Virus record (IMG/VR): IMGVR_UViG_2579778894_000023
Coordinates: 1-21,416 of that record
From: a virus
Taxonomy: Duplodnaviria; Heunggongvirae; Uroviricota; Caudoviricetes
Direction: 5' to 3' (one strand)
DNA: 21,416 bases
Part shown: in pieces, positions 1 through 8,927 of the stretch
Numbering within the stretch: position 1 is the first letter of the stretch
How the letters are laid out: every line of letters starts with the position of its first letter
Made by a program: the position numbers and the translations under genes
Notes under the pieces: generated by a model
The model's database searches: none
Told to the model about the DNA's origin: nothing
What the model saw: only the letters and a program-made list of their open reading frames with translations

Positions 1-342
1 ATGATGAAAAAAAGTATTCTGGCGTTTCTGTTACTCACCAGTTCTGCAGCGGCGCTGGCTGCACCGCAGGTGATTACCGTCAGCCGTTTTGAAGTGGGTA
101 AAGACAAATGGGCGTTTAATCGCGAAGAGGTGATGCTGACTTGCCGACCGGGTAATGCTTTGTATGTCATCAACCCAAGTACCCTCGTGCAGTATCCTTT
201 AAACGATATCGCACAAAAGGAAGTTGCCAGTGGGAAGACTAAAGCCCAACCCATTTCGGTGATTCAGATTGATGATCCTAACAATCCCGGCGAAAAAATG
301 AGTCTGGCACCGTTTATAGAACGAGCTGAAAAACTCTGTTAA
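1..342 (+). CDS. yebY: Secreted DUF2511-family protein YebY (host gene flanking the prophage)
   Basis: Complete 113-aa ORF starting at window position 1; signal-peptide-like N-terminus ([20 protein letters not shown]); translation matches my recollection of E. coli YebY; followed by a hairpin with T-run. Confidence 0.7.
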   Translation: MMKKSILAFLLLTSSAAALAAPQVITVSRFEVGKDKWAFNREEVMLTCRPGNALYVINPSTLVQYPLNDIAQKEVASGKTKAQPISVIQIDDPNNPGEKMSLAPFIERAEKLC

Positions 343-371
343 TTACCTAAAATAGCCTTTTGATTTCCAAT

Positions 372-413
372 AAAAAAACCGCCTCAGTTCTTTCACCAGA
401 ACGGGCGGTTTTT
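372..413. terminator. Bidirectional rho-independent terminator (ends yebY on +; candidate 3' end of RyeA on -)
   Basis: A-run 372-378, interrupted GC stem (accgcc 378-383 / ggcggt 404-409, inner gttct/agaac), T-run 409-413; reads as hairpin plus U-tract on both strands. Confidence 0.6.
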
Positions 414-463
414 AACATTTCAGCTGATGACCACCACGCTTTTTATTGACCATTTTGCACGCA

Positions 464-493
464 AACTGGAAAACCTGGCGTCGTCATCTATTC
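464..493 (+). promoter_or_regulatory. Candidate sigma-S-type promoter of sdsR
   Basis: ttgcac (464-469), 18-bp spacer, cTATTCT (487-493) with C just upstream of the -10, placed 7 nt before the sRNA 5' end at 501. SdsR is known to be RpoS-dependent. Confidence 0.4.
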
Positions 494-500
494 TTAAAGG

Positions 501-603
501 GCAAGGCAACTAAGCCTGCATTAATGCCAACTTTTAGCGCACGGCTCTCTCCCAAGAGCCATTTCCCTGGACCGAATACAGGAATCGTATTCGGTCTTTT
601 TTT
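501..603 (+). ncRNA. sdsR: SdsR (RyeB) small RNA
   Basis: 103-nt unit starting gcaaggcaacuaagccugcauuaaugcc and ending in a perfect terminator (ccgaauac-aggaauc-guauucgg, 571-593, plus U-run to 603). Length and sequence match my recollection of SdsR; no ORF with SD. Confidence 0.6.
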
Positions 604-734
604 AATTGTATTTAAAATCAATCAGTTGCAAACGTCTTCCCGAAATTCCCCGAAATTTACTCGAATTTCTGTATTCCGGTCTTTTTTGGTTATATCACAA
701 CCAAAATACATTTAACAATCCATTTACGTTAAAA
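604..734. other. Candidate attL region (host/prophage junction with Int arm-type repeats)
   Basis: Lies between the sRNA 3' end and the integrase stop. Three CGAAATT(T) copies at 641-647, 651-657, 662-668 (about 10-bp phasing) and a near-copy of the sdsR terminator tail (gtattccggtcttttttgg 671-689 vs gtattcggtcttttttt 587-603). Confidence 0.4.
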
Positions 735-1811
735 TCAGAGCAGTAAGTACGTTTTTTCTCTCTCATCAAGATACATTTTTGTTGTCTTCTCCGATGTGTG
801 GCCAAGTAGACGCTGAGCAAATTCTTCTCCACATGTTTCTTTGTACAATCGTCCAGCCAGACTTCTGATCTCGTGAAAAGTTGGTGGGTTTTCACTGAAC
901 TGGATACCTGTTAATTTTCTGGCTGCGACAAATTTTTTTGTCAGGCCATCCGGGTGAATGCTGCCGTCAGGGCTGTTTTTTCTAATCCCGGCACTGATTA
1001 GATAATCTCCCCGGCTTACCAGGCGGCACTGTTCAACTACTGTACCAAGCCGTAGACCAGCGACAGGAAGGCTGAGTGACAGGGGGATAGCAATCATCAT
1101 TCCTGTCTTAATTTGCCTGATGTGGAGACGATCATCATAAATATCACTAAACCGTATATTCGTTATGTCTTCGCGACGTTGTCCTGTTACAAGGGCTAAA
1201 TCCATAGCTAATGGGAACCATGCCGGAAGTTGATCTGCTGCCTCCCTGATGCAGTTGTATGTCTTTAGTTTCAGTCGTTCTCTTGTAACTACTATTTTCG
1301 GTGCTCTTGTTGGCGTTACTGGATTTTGAGATATACGTCCTTCAACAATGGCCTCACGAAACATATCAGACAACACAGAACGCATTGATCCTGCCATTGT
1401 GTTTTTCCCTCCTTCAATCCACAAATCAAGAAACTCGGCAATATGGCGAGTGGTTATTTCTGTCAGTAAAATTTCCCCCAATTTTTCTTTTATTGTCTCC
1501 AGTTGATTTACCCGAATTTTATAAGTATTTCTGGACACTTTTCTCCTTATAAGAATCGTTTTGTAACGTTCAATCCAGTCTGCCATAGTAAATGAGTCGA
1601 ACCCTTTAAGCTTTTCAATTAAGGCAGCAGGAGAGTAGTTTTTGTATATATAATGATTTGCTTCAATTGCCTGCGCTACTGCATCTCTTCTTGAAATTTT
1701 ACCTAGTGTAAATTCTTCTTTCGTCAGAGGGTTGCGCCAGTAATATGCTTTGTCCCTCCTTCGATATGTTAAGTTTTTAGGCAAATTGGGATCGTATTTT
1801 TTCCGCTGCAT
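735..1811 (-). CDS. int: Tyrosine recombinase, lambda-Int family integrase
   Basis: 358 aa; N-terminal arm-binding-like region and C-terminal catalytic motifs ([26 protein letters not shown]) align with lambda Int; SD GGAGA 9 nt upstream of ATG at 1811. Confidence 0.95.
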   Translation of the reverse strand: MQRKKYDPNLPKNLTYRRRDKAYYWRNPLTKEEFTLGKISRRDAVAQAIEANHYIYKNYSPAALIEKLKGFDSFTMADWIERYKTILIRRKVSRNTYKIRVNQLETIKEKLGEILLTEITTRHIAEFLDLWIEGGKNTMAGSMRSVLSDMFREAIVEGRISQNPVTPTRAPKIVVTRERLKLKTYNCIREAADQLPAWFPLAMDLALVTGQRREDITNIRFSDIYDDRLHIRQIKTGMMIAIPLSLSLPVAGLRLGTVVEQCRLVSRGDYLISAGIRKNSPDGSIHPDGLTKKFVAARKLTGIQFSENPPTFHEIRSLAGRLYKETCGEEFAQRLLGHTSEKTTKMYLDEREKTYLLL

Positions 1812-2064
1812 GTTTTAACTTCTCCAGTAACGGACTGTCTCTCCCTTGTCGCCCATTAGGCTGATGGTGTGTTATATCGGTATCAACCTTATTTGGGTTG
1901 ATATAGAAAGCCTCCGGAACCACCCTGTAACTCCTCCCGTGTAGTTCAGGTGCAGGATAAATGTTTCCATTCCTTGCCCATCGTCTCAGCGTTGATATTG
2001 ATGGTGGGTTATCCGGATATCTGAGTTTTCCCCACGTTTTGAGTGTCACAAGATTCATTGCCAT
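1777..2064 (-). CDS. xis: Excisionase (Xis-like)
   Basis: 95 aa; resembles lambda Xis pattern (L.TL..W...P....TLRRW.R...I.P); overlaps int start by 35 nt as is typical; SD AAGAGG upstream. Confidence 0.8.
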   Translation of the reverse strand: MAMNLVTLKTWGKLRYPDNPPSISTLRRWARNGNIYPAPELHGRSYRVVPEAFYINPNKVDTDITHHQPNGRQGRDSPLLEKLKHAAEKIRSQFA

Positions 2065-2168
2065 ACCTCTTACGATATGACCGCCAGCCAGTAAATATAC
2101 AGAATACTGGCGGATGTGGTTGATTTTTAATAATCAGCTATGAAGTTCTAATTTGTATATAATGCAAC

Positions 2169-2357
2169 TCACGAGGACAGAAGTTTCTCGCAATTAAAAT
2201 TTATCAGCTTTACTTTCTGCTCTCTGGAAACGCCTGCTTCTTTTTTCCCTGAGAGCATTTTTTCGCATTCTGATTTCGTTAATTTAGATTTTGAATATCT
2301 TGTCCAGTTAGTAGGAGTGCCACCTTCCTTTTCAATAGTGGCAGTAATTTTATACAT
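2169..2357 (-). CDS. Small hypothetical protein (YdaC-like position in Rac-type prophages)
   Basis: Start chosen at internal ATG 2357 (MYKITATIEKEGG...) because of SD AATGGAGGTG 5 nt upstream and a 2-nt gap after the ralR stop; the longer ORF start at 2426 would overlap ralR. Confidence 0.55.
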   Translation of the reverse strand: MYKITATIEKEGGTPTNWTRYSKSKLTKSECEKMLSGKKEAGVSREQKVKLINFNCEKLLSS

Positions 2358-2544
2358 GAACACCTCCATTATTATTTCCAGTAGTTCGTTTATTCCATCT
2401 TTCGAGTGCTTCTTTTTCACTTCCACTATAGCCGGTTCGGGATTCGCATCCGTTACACTTTGCGCGGTAATATCCTGAAATGGCTTTCACCGTTACTGAT
2501 GGACAACCACAAAACGGACATGGTTTGACTTTTTCATACCGCAT
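2350..2544 (-). CDS. ralR: Restriction alleviation protein Lar/RalR
   Basis: 64 aa from ATG 2544 (MRYEKVKPCPFCGCPSVTVKAISGYYRAKCNGCESRTGY...), near-identical to recalled Rac RalR; Cys-rich zinc-ribbon-like motif. Confidence 0.85.
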   Translation of the reverse strand: MRYEKVKPCPFCGCPSVTVKAISGYYRAKCNGCESRTGYSGSEKEALERWNKRTTGNNNGGVHV

Positions 2545-2607
2545 TGTCTTTTCTCTCATAAAATAAAGTTTTGTTATGGCGGTGAGGCTACACCGCCATA
2601 GTAAATA

Positions 2608-3660
2608 TCAGGAGCCGATATATTCTGGTTTCATATCTGTCAGTGTCGTTTTATACGCCTCATATAATTCTCCCAGATGTGGTCGTGCAGCATTCAGCGT
2701 ATTTTCCAGAGCAATAAATTTTTGTTCTGCTTCTGGATCACCTGATGAAGGCAGGTCATTTATCATCGTCTCAATACGGGCAATAGCATTGAGACGGTGA
2801 TGACGCTGAACCACTTTTCCTTTAAGTTCTGTGTAGAGAGCGCCAAGTGTATTTTTATGATCTTCCACTTCCTGGCGAAGTGATGTTGTTTCTCCGGTGC
2901 TTTGTGCCTGCTCAATACGTTCACGGAAAGCACTGATCCAGTTTTCCCCGGCATCCTGCTCAATAATTGTTGTTTCACGTTCCGCACGGCAGGCGGATGT
3001 ATTTTTATGTTCCTGAACCGGATTAATGATTTTTTCCTGTGGTTCGTCCAGTTCGTCCCGGGTGTGCACTCCAAGAATCACTTCAGGGCAATAAAGGCGC
3101 GCCCAGCGTTTCAGTGCCAGATAGGCAAGCTGCTGGCGAGGATCATCGGCCCATAACGTTGAGTTACGTGTTCTGGCCTGTGCCAGAAGTAACTCCAGTA
3201 CGCGTGGCTTGCTCTCTCCGCGTAGTGTTGCCTGGACGCGAACTCCGATCCCGTTTTCATCGGCCAGCTTCCAGCTAGGTACACGATATTCTTTCCCCTT
3301 GTCGTTCTTCCTGATTTCAAATTTCCCGATAATTTTTTCCCACGGCCCGAACCAGTCATATTCAATACGCCCGGTTAGCGGCCCACGAGTACTGATTACG
3401 GCATTAACCAGTTGCGCTTCATATCCGAGCATACCATTCACAACGAAAGTTTTCTGAGCTACTGCGTAAGGGTTCATTTGCCACTGCATCGCCTGCATGG
3501 TGATGGCCATGCAGTCTGATGGATTTCCCCGGAGGTGTTCCGGTACAGTAGCCATGCCGGAAGCCATTACCTGGGAAAATGTCTGAATTGCAGCCAGGGA
3601 CTGAGGGCTGAAAACCGCAACATTAGAGTTAATATTTTCTTGTTGAGTTAATTCGTTCAT
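2608..3660 (-). CDS. Phage single-strand annealing protein, RecT-family-like recombinase
   Basis: 350 aa immediately downstream of the RecE-like exonuclease (stop/start 12 nt apart, SD GAGGAAGG). The segment LAYLALKRWARLYCPEV resembles the conserved RecT helix (AIRRLFKYLP). Family call rests on synteny plus this motif. Confidence 0.6.
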   Translation of the reverse strand: MNELTQQENINSNVAVFSPQSLAAIQTFSQVMASGMATVPEHLRGNPSDCMAITMQAMQWQMNPYAVAQKTFVVNGMLGYEAQLVNAVISTRGPLTGRIEYDWFGPWEKIIGKFEIRKNDKGKEYRVPSWKLADENGIGVRVQATLRGESKPRVLELLLAQARTRNSTLWADDPRQQLAYLALKRWARLYCPEVILGVHTRDELDEPQEKIINPVQEHKNTSACRAERETTIIEQDAGENWISAFRERIEQAQSTGETTSLRQEVEDHKNTLGALYTELKGKVVQRHHRLNAIARIETMINDLPSSGDPEAEQKFIALENTLNAARPHLGELYEAYKTTLTDMKPEYIGS

Positions 3661-3671
3661 TGTGTCCTTCC

Positions 3672-6600
3672 TCAGATGCTCAGTGCTTCAAGACGACGAA
3701 GATCAAAGTCGTTTAATTCGTCGGTATAACTTTCGGTAATCGGTGCTGGCCAGTTGTTTGTCTCCAGAGCTTCGTTTATCTGTCGTAGTGTCCGGCGATA
3801 TTCCTGTCGACCAAGTTCCAGGAGTTCCTGCGAGGCTTCCACGACGGCCACCCAGTGATAGCCAGCATCTTTGTTGACGAAGATCCAGAAAAATTTGTCC
3901 AGGTTTGCCACATCGCAATACATTGCTGCGCTGAGGTGATAATCACGTTCAATAATTTCACGGTGCAGGCGATCTTTCAGTCGTTCCTGTCGCACATAAC
4001 CGAGGCTGACTGACTTCACGTCGGCGCAAATGCTTTCGTATGGCAGCCGGATTTCGATATCAGGACGGACCCTGATTTCCAGCCCGGTTTCTTCATCAAA
4101 CCCGAAATAGCTGATTTCAGATTTGCGATCCGGGTGGTTGAGTAGCCTTGCTGCATCAGTATTGTTTTGCAGTGCTGCGTGAATATTTTTTGCCTGTTCA
4201 TACATATCCGGACTGATAAACGTTTTCCCGGCGTTTTCTTCTTGCTGGCGTTTTTGCCAGTCCTCCAGTGTTACCAGTTCCGGGCGAATTTTCCGGGCGA
4301 TTTCGGTTAATTGCTCTTTTGTGCCACTGATGTTGTAAGGCAAAGATTTAGCACGTTCTTTTTTTGCCAGTTCTGGATCTACAGTTTCAATTTGCTCCAG
4401 GAGCTGCTCTCGTGTTCCACTGGCTTTCAGCAGAGGAGGGAGGCTTGCGTTGTATTCTTTAATACAGGCTTTCATTGCTGATGCTGTGTGTTTTTCCCCC
4501 TCAGGAATACGCCGGAATTCCTCCGGAAGCGAACCGTAAAGGATGCCTGTTTCTTCGGCCCCGGCACTTACCGACAGTGGCTGTATAAGAGTGCTGTTGT
4601 AGCTTTCGATCCACTCTTTCATCTGCTCTGGTGTCATCAGTGCTGGCAGACTGGCATTGTGTTTTTTAATGATGGCGATCAGTTCGTTAGAAGTAGTAAC
4701 CACATATTCAGGAACCGGTACCGGGATGGCATACTCATCAGCGAATTTATCCGTTTCCAGAACATAGCTGTGAATAATCCGCCCACGCAGCAATGCATCA
4801 CTTTCCTCGCCCGGAATAGTTCCGGCAATGTGCCGTCCGTGGTAATACATCAGGCTGATGCGGGCATCCTTCAGCATTGTGCTGCTTATTCCGTTGGCGG
4901 AGTGATAAACCTCGTTCGGGAGGTTTTCATAGCGGCCAGGCTCGAAATATGACGGCCACATGATTTCAGTTACTACAGGTGCTGTCGTTTCACCAGCTTC
5001 ATCACTGCAATCGCAATGCGGATTGCTGCCAGCGTTCTCCTTGTGCGGATGTTCAGCACCTTCCATTTCCTCCAGACCTTTTTCCTGATATTCATTCTGA
5101 TTTTCTTCATTAAAGGTTTTCTGATACGTTGCGTCGCCCATCACCGCGCCACAGTCAGGACAGTTGCCGCCGCCAGCCTTACCGCAGGCGGTGCAAACTT
5201 TCTCCGTTTCCTGTTGTTGCACTACTGGCTCAGGCTGTTTCGTTTCTGGCTCGTTTTGTTGCGTATTTGGGTCGTTCTGTTCCGTTTCTGGCTGATTCTG
5301 GTACACAGAATCGCGGGTCTGGATCCCCTTAACCCATTTCGGATCATTCGGGTCGCTAATCCCTTCAACAAATTCTCCGCGAGAGGCAGCCAGTAATTTG
5401 TCTGCATCGACAGGATTTTTGGGCGGAATGTTTTTCCGGGCTTCATAGAGTTCTGCCCGCAGTTTCTGATATTTCGCATCAACAGAATTTACCTGTGACT
5501 GAGCATCCAGCGGCTGCGTGTCCTGATGATGTTCAGTTGCATCCGGTTCCACTGTTTCAGCCGTTGCCTGTTCATCTGCCATTGCGCAAGATGGTTGCAG
5601 TTTTTCTTCATCATCCTGTTTTTCTTCTTCTGTTACACGCTGCGGCATCGGGGCAGAGGAACGACCGCAGGCAATATCCACGATTTCTTGATCAGGGGTG
5701 GCATGATCAGTTTCAGTCAGTACTTTGTTAAGATATTCAGTGACGTGTGCGGGGATAACCTCGATCCCAATTGGTGCTTCTTTTACGGACGCAACCACGA
5801 TGGCGCGGGAATAATCCAGCCCGCCAGGCATGGTGATGAATTTGTCGCGGAAAACAGAAAAGGGCGGTTTATTTTCAGCGATAATTTCCTCGACACGTTT
5901 AGCGTGTGCCGGATGAAGGTTATAAATGTCCACGTCCATTGAACGAGCCAGTACGCCAGTGGCTACGTCGCGCGCCAGTGACGTCAGATCGTGAACGAAA
6001 CCTTCGCCGCGATCGGTGAGGTTCCCGCCGCCAGCATTAGCGCCGGAAGCCGTGCGCGTGATGCGTGAAACACGATTTCCTTTCATCCACTCTTTTGTCA
6101 GCAGACCGCGATCGGTGTAGTCTGCGTCCAGGTATGCTTCGAAAAAAGCAGTCATCAGCCCCAGGCTTGAATTGCCTGGATTAGGGAAAACTCTGTCAGT
6201 ATCACGCACCAGTTTGTGGAGATCGCGAATTTCCAACGGGTCGAGCAGGCTGGTTTTGTGGGAAACAGCCAGGGCAGTAACAGCTGGTAGTTCTTCAGCT
6301 CGTGCAATGTGTAATGCCTGTAGTCCGTCGCGTGAAACGTGCGTTACCGGTTTTTCGCTGCCGTGTTGAGCAAGCCAGCGAATGGGCAGCTCCTGACCGG
6401 AAATCGGGAGTAGCATATTCTCCTCAATCTCCGTCATGTCTTCGCCATTAACATTGGTATTGTCAGTGCTGGCTGGTTTGTCCTGCGCAGAGGATGAGGG
6501 CGCGATAAATACCATTGTGATGCCATCTTCCCCGCCTTTTTCGTAACGGTTGCAGAATTCCGTATCAAATACGCCTTCTGGTGGAAGGTCATCAACAACG

Positions 6601-6800
6601 GGCAAGTTGACGCGAACAGGTTTTTTAAAGTCATCTTCATCGTAGCCAGCATCGTCAATCGCAACAGCACCACGGGAGATGGCAATGGATAATTTTTTCG
6701 CTTCAGCCCAGTAGAAACCGCCTTTAATACCGAGACGTTTTCTTACTTTGTCATTTTTTGCTTCGTAATACAGTGGGTAAACTTGTTTATCGGTGCTCAT
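3672..6800 (-). CDS. recE: Exodeoxyribonuclease VIII (RecE-like), 1042 aa, with an extra repeat-containing insertion in the nuclease domain
   Basis: The N-terminal two thirds align with recalled E. coli RecE ([24 protein letters not shown]..., [16 protein letters not shown] zinc ribbon). The C-terminal PD-(D/E)xK region (IRVRPD...DVK) is diverged and carries a ~150-aa insertion. Confidence 0.9.
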   Translation of the reverse strand: MSTDKQVYPLYYEAKNDKVRKRLGIKGGFYWAEAKKLSIAISRGAVAIDDAGYDEDDFKKPVRVNLPVVDDLPPEGVFDTEFCNRYEKGGEDGITMVFIAPSSSAQDKPASTDNTNVNGEDMTEIEENMLLPISGQELPIRWLAQHGSEKPVTHVSRDGLQALHIARAEELPAVTALAVSHKTSLLDPLEIRDLHKLVRDTDRVFPNPGNSSLGLMTAFFEAYLDADYTDRGLLTKEWMKGNRVSRITRTASGANAGGGNLTDRGEGFVHDLTSLARDVATGVLARSMDVDIYNLHPAHAKRVEEIIAENKPPFSVFRDKFITMPGGLDYSRAIVVASVKEAPIGIEVIPAHVTEYLNKVLTETDHATPDQEIVDIACGRSSAPMPQRVTEEEKQDDEEKLQPSCAMADEQATAETVEPDATEHHQDTQPLDAQSQVNSVDAKYQKLRAELYEARKNIPPKNPVDADKLLAASRGEFVEGISDPNDPKWVKGIQTRDSVYQNQPETEQNDPNTQQNEPETKQPEPVVQQQETEKVCTACGKAGGGNCPDCGAVMGDATYQKTFNEENQNEYQEKGLEEMEGAEHPHKENAGSNPHCDCSDEAGETTAPVVTEIMWPSYFEPGRYENLPNEVYHSANGISSTMLKDARISLMYYHGRHIAGTIPGEESDALLRGRIIHSYVLETDKFADEYAIPVPVPEYVVTTSNELIAIIKKHNASLPALMTPEQMKEWIESYNSTLIQPLSVSAGAEETGILYGSLPEEFRRIPEGEKHTASAMKACIKEYNASLPPLLKASGTREQLLEQIETVDPELAKKERAKSLPYNISGTKEQLTEIARKIRPELVTLEDWQKRQQEENAGKTFISPDMYEQAKNIHAALQNNTDAARLLNHPDRKSEISYFGFDEETGLEIRVRPDIEIRLPYESICADVKSVSLGYVRQERLKDRLHREIIERDYHLSAAMYCDVANLDKFFWIFVNKDAGYHWVAVVEASQELLELGRQEYRRTLRQINEALETNNWPAPITESYTDELNDFDLRRLEALSI

Positions 6801-6870
6801 TGTTTTTTAACCTCAACTCAGATTAAAATTAATGCGAGTGATGAATAAATGTCCCAGGTTCTTCACTCAG

Positions 6871-6900
6871 GCCTGCACAGTGTGCAGGCTTTCTTTTTTT
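6871..6900 (+). terminator. Orphan rho-independent terminator on the non-coding strand between racC and recE
   Basis: Perfect palindrome gcctgca-cagtg-tgcaggc followed by tttcttttttt on the plus strand; the minus strand has no U-tract after the hairpin. Confidence 0.5.
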
Positions 6901-6928
6901 CAGATTTCACCTTTTAATTTCATTGCAA

Positions 6929-7174
6929 TCAGAGTTGCCAGAAATTCGGCTTTTTTTCTGCGGGCAGATTCTTTCCTGTGTGCACCAGACACATTTTTTT
7001 AACACCATCGTTAAGTGTTTTAACGTTGCCTGATGGACCGTCGATATCAACCACAGTGAATGGGGTTTCTTTATTTTCTGTCTTAATCACGTAGCCAATA
7101 CGCTTTCCTTCCAGGGTAACTTCGTGAACAATGTTATCAGTAGTAACAACAGTGGCTTCATAACTGGTAATCAT
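6929..7174 (-). CDS. racC: RacC-like protein
   Basis: 81 aa from ATG 7174 (MITSYEATVVTTDNIVHEVTLEGKRIGYVIKTENKETPFTVVDIDGPSGNVKTL...), matching recalled Rac RacC; SD AAGGAG 6 nt upstream. Confidence 0.8.
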   Translation of the reverse strand: MITSYEATVVTTDNIVHEVTLEGKRIGYVIKTENKETPFTVVDIDGPSGNVKTLNDGVKKMCLVHTGKNLPAEKKPNFWQL

Positions 7175-7248
7175 GTTTTTCTCCTTAATTAAGGTTGAGC
7201 GAATCCCTGCCATTGCTGGCATAAATTCAGTTTCGGATAGTCAGTTAA

Positions 7249-7419
7249 TTAAAGTTCGTGTGCCATCTGGTCTTTTTCGGCACAGATTTCACTACAATAT
7301 TTTTTCATTTCCGTCGTTGGTATAACTCCACGCATGAAATGAAGTGGTCTTGTAATGATTTTGCTTTCTTCAATTTCTTTATTGCAAAGGTGATAAGCAC
7401 ATTTTATTTTCTTAGTCAT
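7249..7419 (-). CDS. ydaE: YdaE-like small zinc-binding protein
   Basis: 56-aa ORF translated by hand ([56 protein letters not shown]); below the ORF-track size cutoff. Start overlaps the kilR stop (ATGGTAATGA). Confidence 0.7.
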   Translation of the reverse strand: MTKKIKCAYHLCNKEIEESKIITRPLHFMRGVIPTTEMKKYCSEICAEKDQMAHEL

Positions 7420-7640
7420 TACCATGACTCCGCCTTTACAGGTAAACCATCACGACCGAGGAAGACTCTAATCATGCAGTCAGAAATGCATGTTTTTGTA
7501 GTCAGGCTACGAATATAAAGTTTTCGCTTTTTAATATTGTTTGCCGAGGCGATATATGTCCGACCTTCATGAAGAACATAATCGCCAGGGGTCACACACT
7601 GACGTGGTATTTCATCAGTTCCGAAGTGATGAGCAATCAT
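7419..7640 (-). CDS. kilR: Kil protein (FtsZ-targeting cell-division inhibitor, KilR-like)
   Basis: 73 aa from ATG 7640 ([42 protein letters not shown]...), matching recalled Rac KilR; SD GGAG 6 nt upstream. Confidence 0.8.
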   Translation of the reverse strand: MIAHHFGTDEIPRQCVTPGDYVLHEGRTYIASANNIKKRKLYIRSLTTKTCISDCMIRVFLGRDGLPVKAESW

Positions 7641-8048
7641 AATTATCTCCATTTTTACAAATGAATTTTGTCGATGCGGTGCCTGGTGCCTCCAGGTGAC
7701 GTTAACCAGTTAACAATTAACGCCGGATAATCCACCCATAACACTGATGCTTTTAACTGTGCCGCGTGCGCTTAGCCGCATTCACCGCATCACAAAATTC
7801 ACTTTAAAAAGGGGCGGCAGGGCAGCCACGGAGTAGAACTGATGCCGCCAAAGACTACACATAGCAATGTCGTTATTTACAACCGGAGGCGCACTCCCAC
7901 CATTTAAATTTAACAGACAAGACCGACTCTTTATGGATACCGGAAATGCGCCTTCGTGTTGTGCCCGGTTTTATTTCACCACCTCCGGGCTTTGGTGGCC
8001 TCGGCTATACCCCTACAGCAAGAATATTGAATTAATCCAATAAATGGT

Positions 8049-8201
8049 TTAGCTGGTATTTTTGGCAAGCCAGCGACGTGCGCCAGCTTCGGTTTTAAAC
8101 GATTTGCTTTTGGTATACGTCATGGCGGTGAATGTGCCGTCCTGATTGGGAAACACGCCACATACCAGAGATTCGTTGTTGCCAAGATCGATAGTATCCA
8201 T
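8049..8201 (-). CDS. ydaG: YdaG-like small protein
   Basis: 50 aa from ATG 8201 (MDTIDLGNNESLVCGVFPNQDGTFTAMTYTKSKSFKTEAGARRWLAKNTS); SD GAGGT 4 nt upstream; first gene downstream of the inferred PL. The longer track ORF begins at a TTG. Confidence 0.6.
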   Translation of the reverse strand: MDTIDLGNNESLVCGVFPNQDGTFTAMTYTKSKSFKTEAGARRWLAKNTS

Positions 8202-8381
8202 GTTGACCTCATTTCCCCTTAACGCCGGGTGGCGGAACGTTTTATCTACTGCGCTTTGTATCAATCAACAACTGCCGTCATGTTCGTATGCCTCAGGCTG
8301 GCTACTTAGCCCTGTTCAGTGGCTGGATAACTCGAGGTATTGTCCTGCCGTTCTCTGGTAGGGCGTTGTTTGGATATGCTT

Positions 8382-8423
8382 ATTAAACACAATGCGTTTT
8401 CTTGTGTCAACACGAAATGTGTT
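8382..8423 (-). promoter_or_regulatory. Early-left promoter (PL-like) with operator palindromes
   Basis: Minus strand reads TTGACA (8410-8405), 17-bp spacer, TTTAAT (8387-8382). Operator-type palindrome aaCACgaaatGTGtt (8409-8423) overlaps the -35; second inverted repeat acacaa-N9-ttgtgt (8387-8407) sits in the spacer. Confidence 0.5.
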
Positions 8424-8450
8424 TTGTGGTGGGTGTCATATGATGATGGT

Positions 8451-8478
8451 ACAAAAAAAGCCCGCTGATAGCGGGCTG
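8451..8478 (-). terminator. Rho-independent terminator of the repressor gene
   Basis: Minus strand reads agcccgc-tatca-gcgggct followed by ttttttt, 30 nt after the repressor stop. Confidence 0.7.
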
Positions 8479-8507
8479 ATTGGCATATTACTGTGATAGC
8501 AAGATCA

Positions 8508-8927
8508 TTACTCCGGTGGGGGATTATCTTTAAGCCTGCCTCTCAAATATTTTTCTACATACTCATCGATTTCTTTTAGCCGGACTTCAAATAGCTCAAT
8601 CATTCGTTGTTGTTCTGAGCCCGGTAGCTGGTTAAACAACTCAAGAAGTTTTCGTTGGGATTCATTTAACCACAATTCAGAAGATTCCTGTTCTCCAAAG
8701 AGGAGCTCAGGAGGAGATATGCCAAGTGCCTTTCCCAATACGACAGCGTCATGCACTCCAACATTTCTGCTGCCCGCCTCATAGTTACCTATACGCGATT
8801 GCGTCCATCCGCAGATTTCAGCAAGTTTTCCTTGAGATAAACCAAGCTTCTGCCTGCGCTCTTTAAGACGCATTGCAATTTTGTCATTGAGCCTACTAGC
8901 GGCAATTTTTTCGTTTTCTTTTTCCAT
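8508..8927 (-). CDS. Prophage repressor, XRE-family helix-turn-helix (RacR/CI-like)
   Basis: 139 aa; HTH segment RQKLGLSQGKLAEICGWTQSRIGNYEAG; transcribed divergently from the Cro-like gene across an operator-rich intergenic region; no S24 peptidase domain. Confidence 0.85.
   Translation of the reverse strand: MEKENEKIAASRLNDKIAMRLKERRQKLGLSQGKLAEICGWTQSRIGNYEAGSRNVGVHDAVVLGKALGISPPELLFGEQESSELWLNESQRKLLELFNQLPGSEQQRMIELFEVRLKEIDEYVEKYLRGRLKDNPPPE

Larger units (their letters stand above)
373..612 (-). ncRNA. ryeA: Candidate RyeA/SraC antisense sRNA overlapping sdsR
   Basis: In the known bidirectional locus RyeA is antisense to and longer than RyeB. On the minus strand a hairpin plus U-tract sits at 372-413 and a possible promoter (TTGCAA ... 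TACAAT, minus strand ~610-640) lies just right of the sdsR terminator. Boundaries are approximate. Confidence 0.3.

Noticed and set aside
446-715. 89-aa plus-strand ORF across the sdsR/attL region
   Set aside because: No SD, overlaps the SdsR sRNA and its terminator, low-complexity translation; better explained as non-coding.
1301-1552. 83-aa ORF antisense within the integrase gene
   Set aside because: Fully inside a well-supported integrase on the opposite strand; no RBS; typical spurious antisense frame.
2576-3457. Several 79-103-aa ORFs on both strands overlapping the RecT-like gene
   Set aside because: All nested in or antisense to a 350-aa gene with strong start context and synteny; none has an SD or recognisable motif.
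3703-6685. Multiple 61-154-aa ORFs inside or antisense to the RecE-like gene
   Set aside because: Contained within a 1042-aa ORF with clear homology along its length; alternative frames are expected by chance in a 3-kb gene.
7258-7518. 86-aa plus-strand ORF between racC and kilR
   Set aside because: Antisense to the hand-translated ydaE and the kilR 3' end, both matching known small Rac proteins; no SD.
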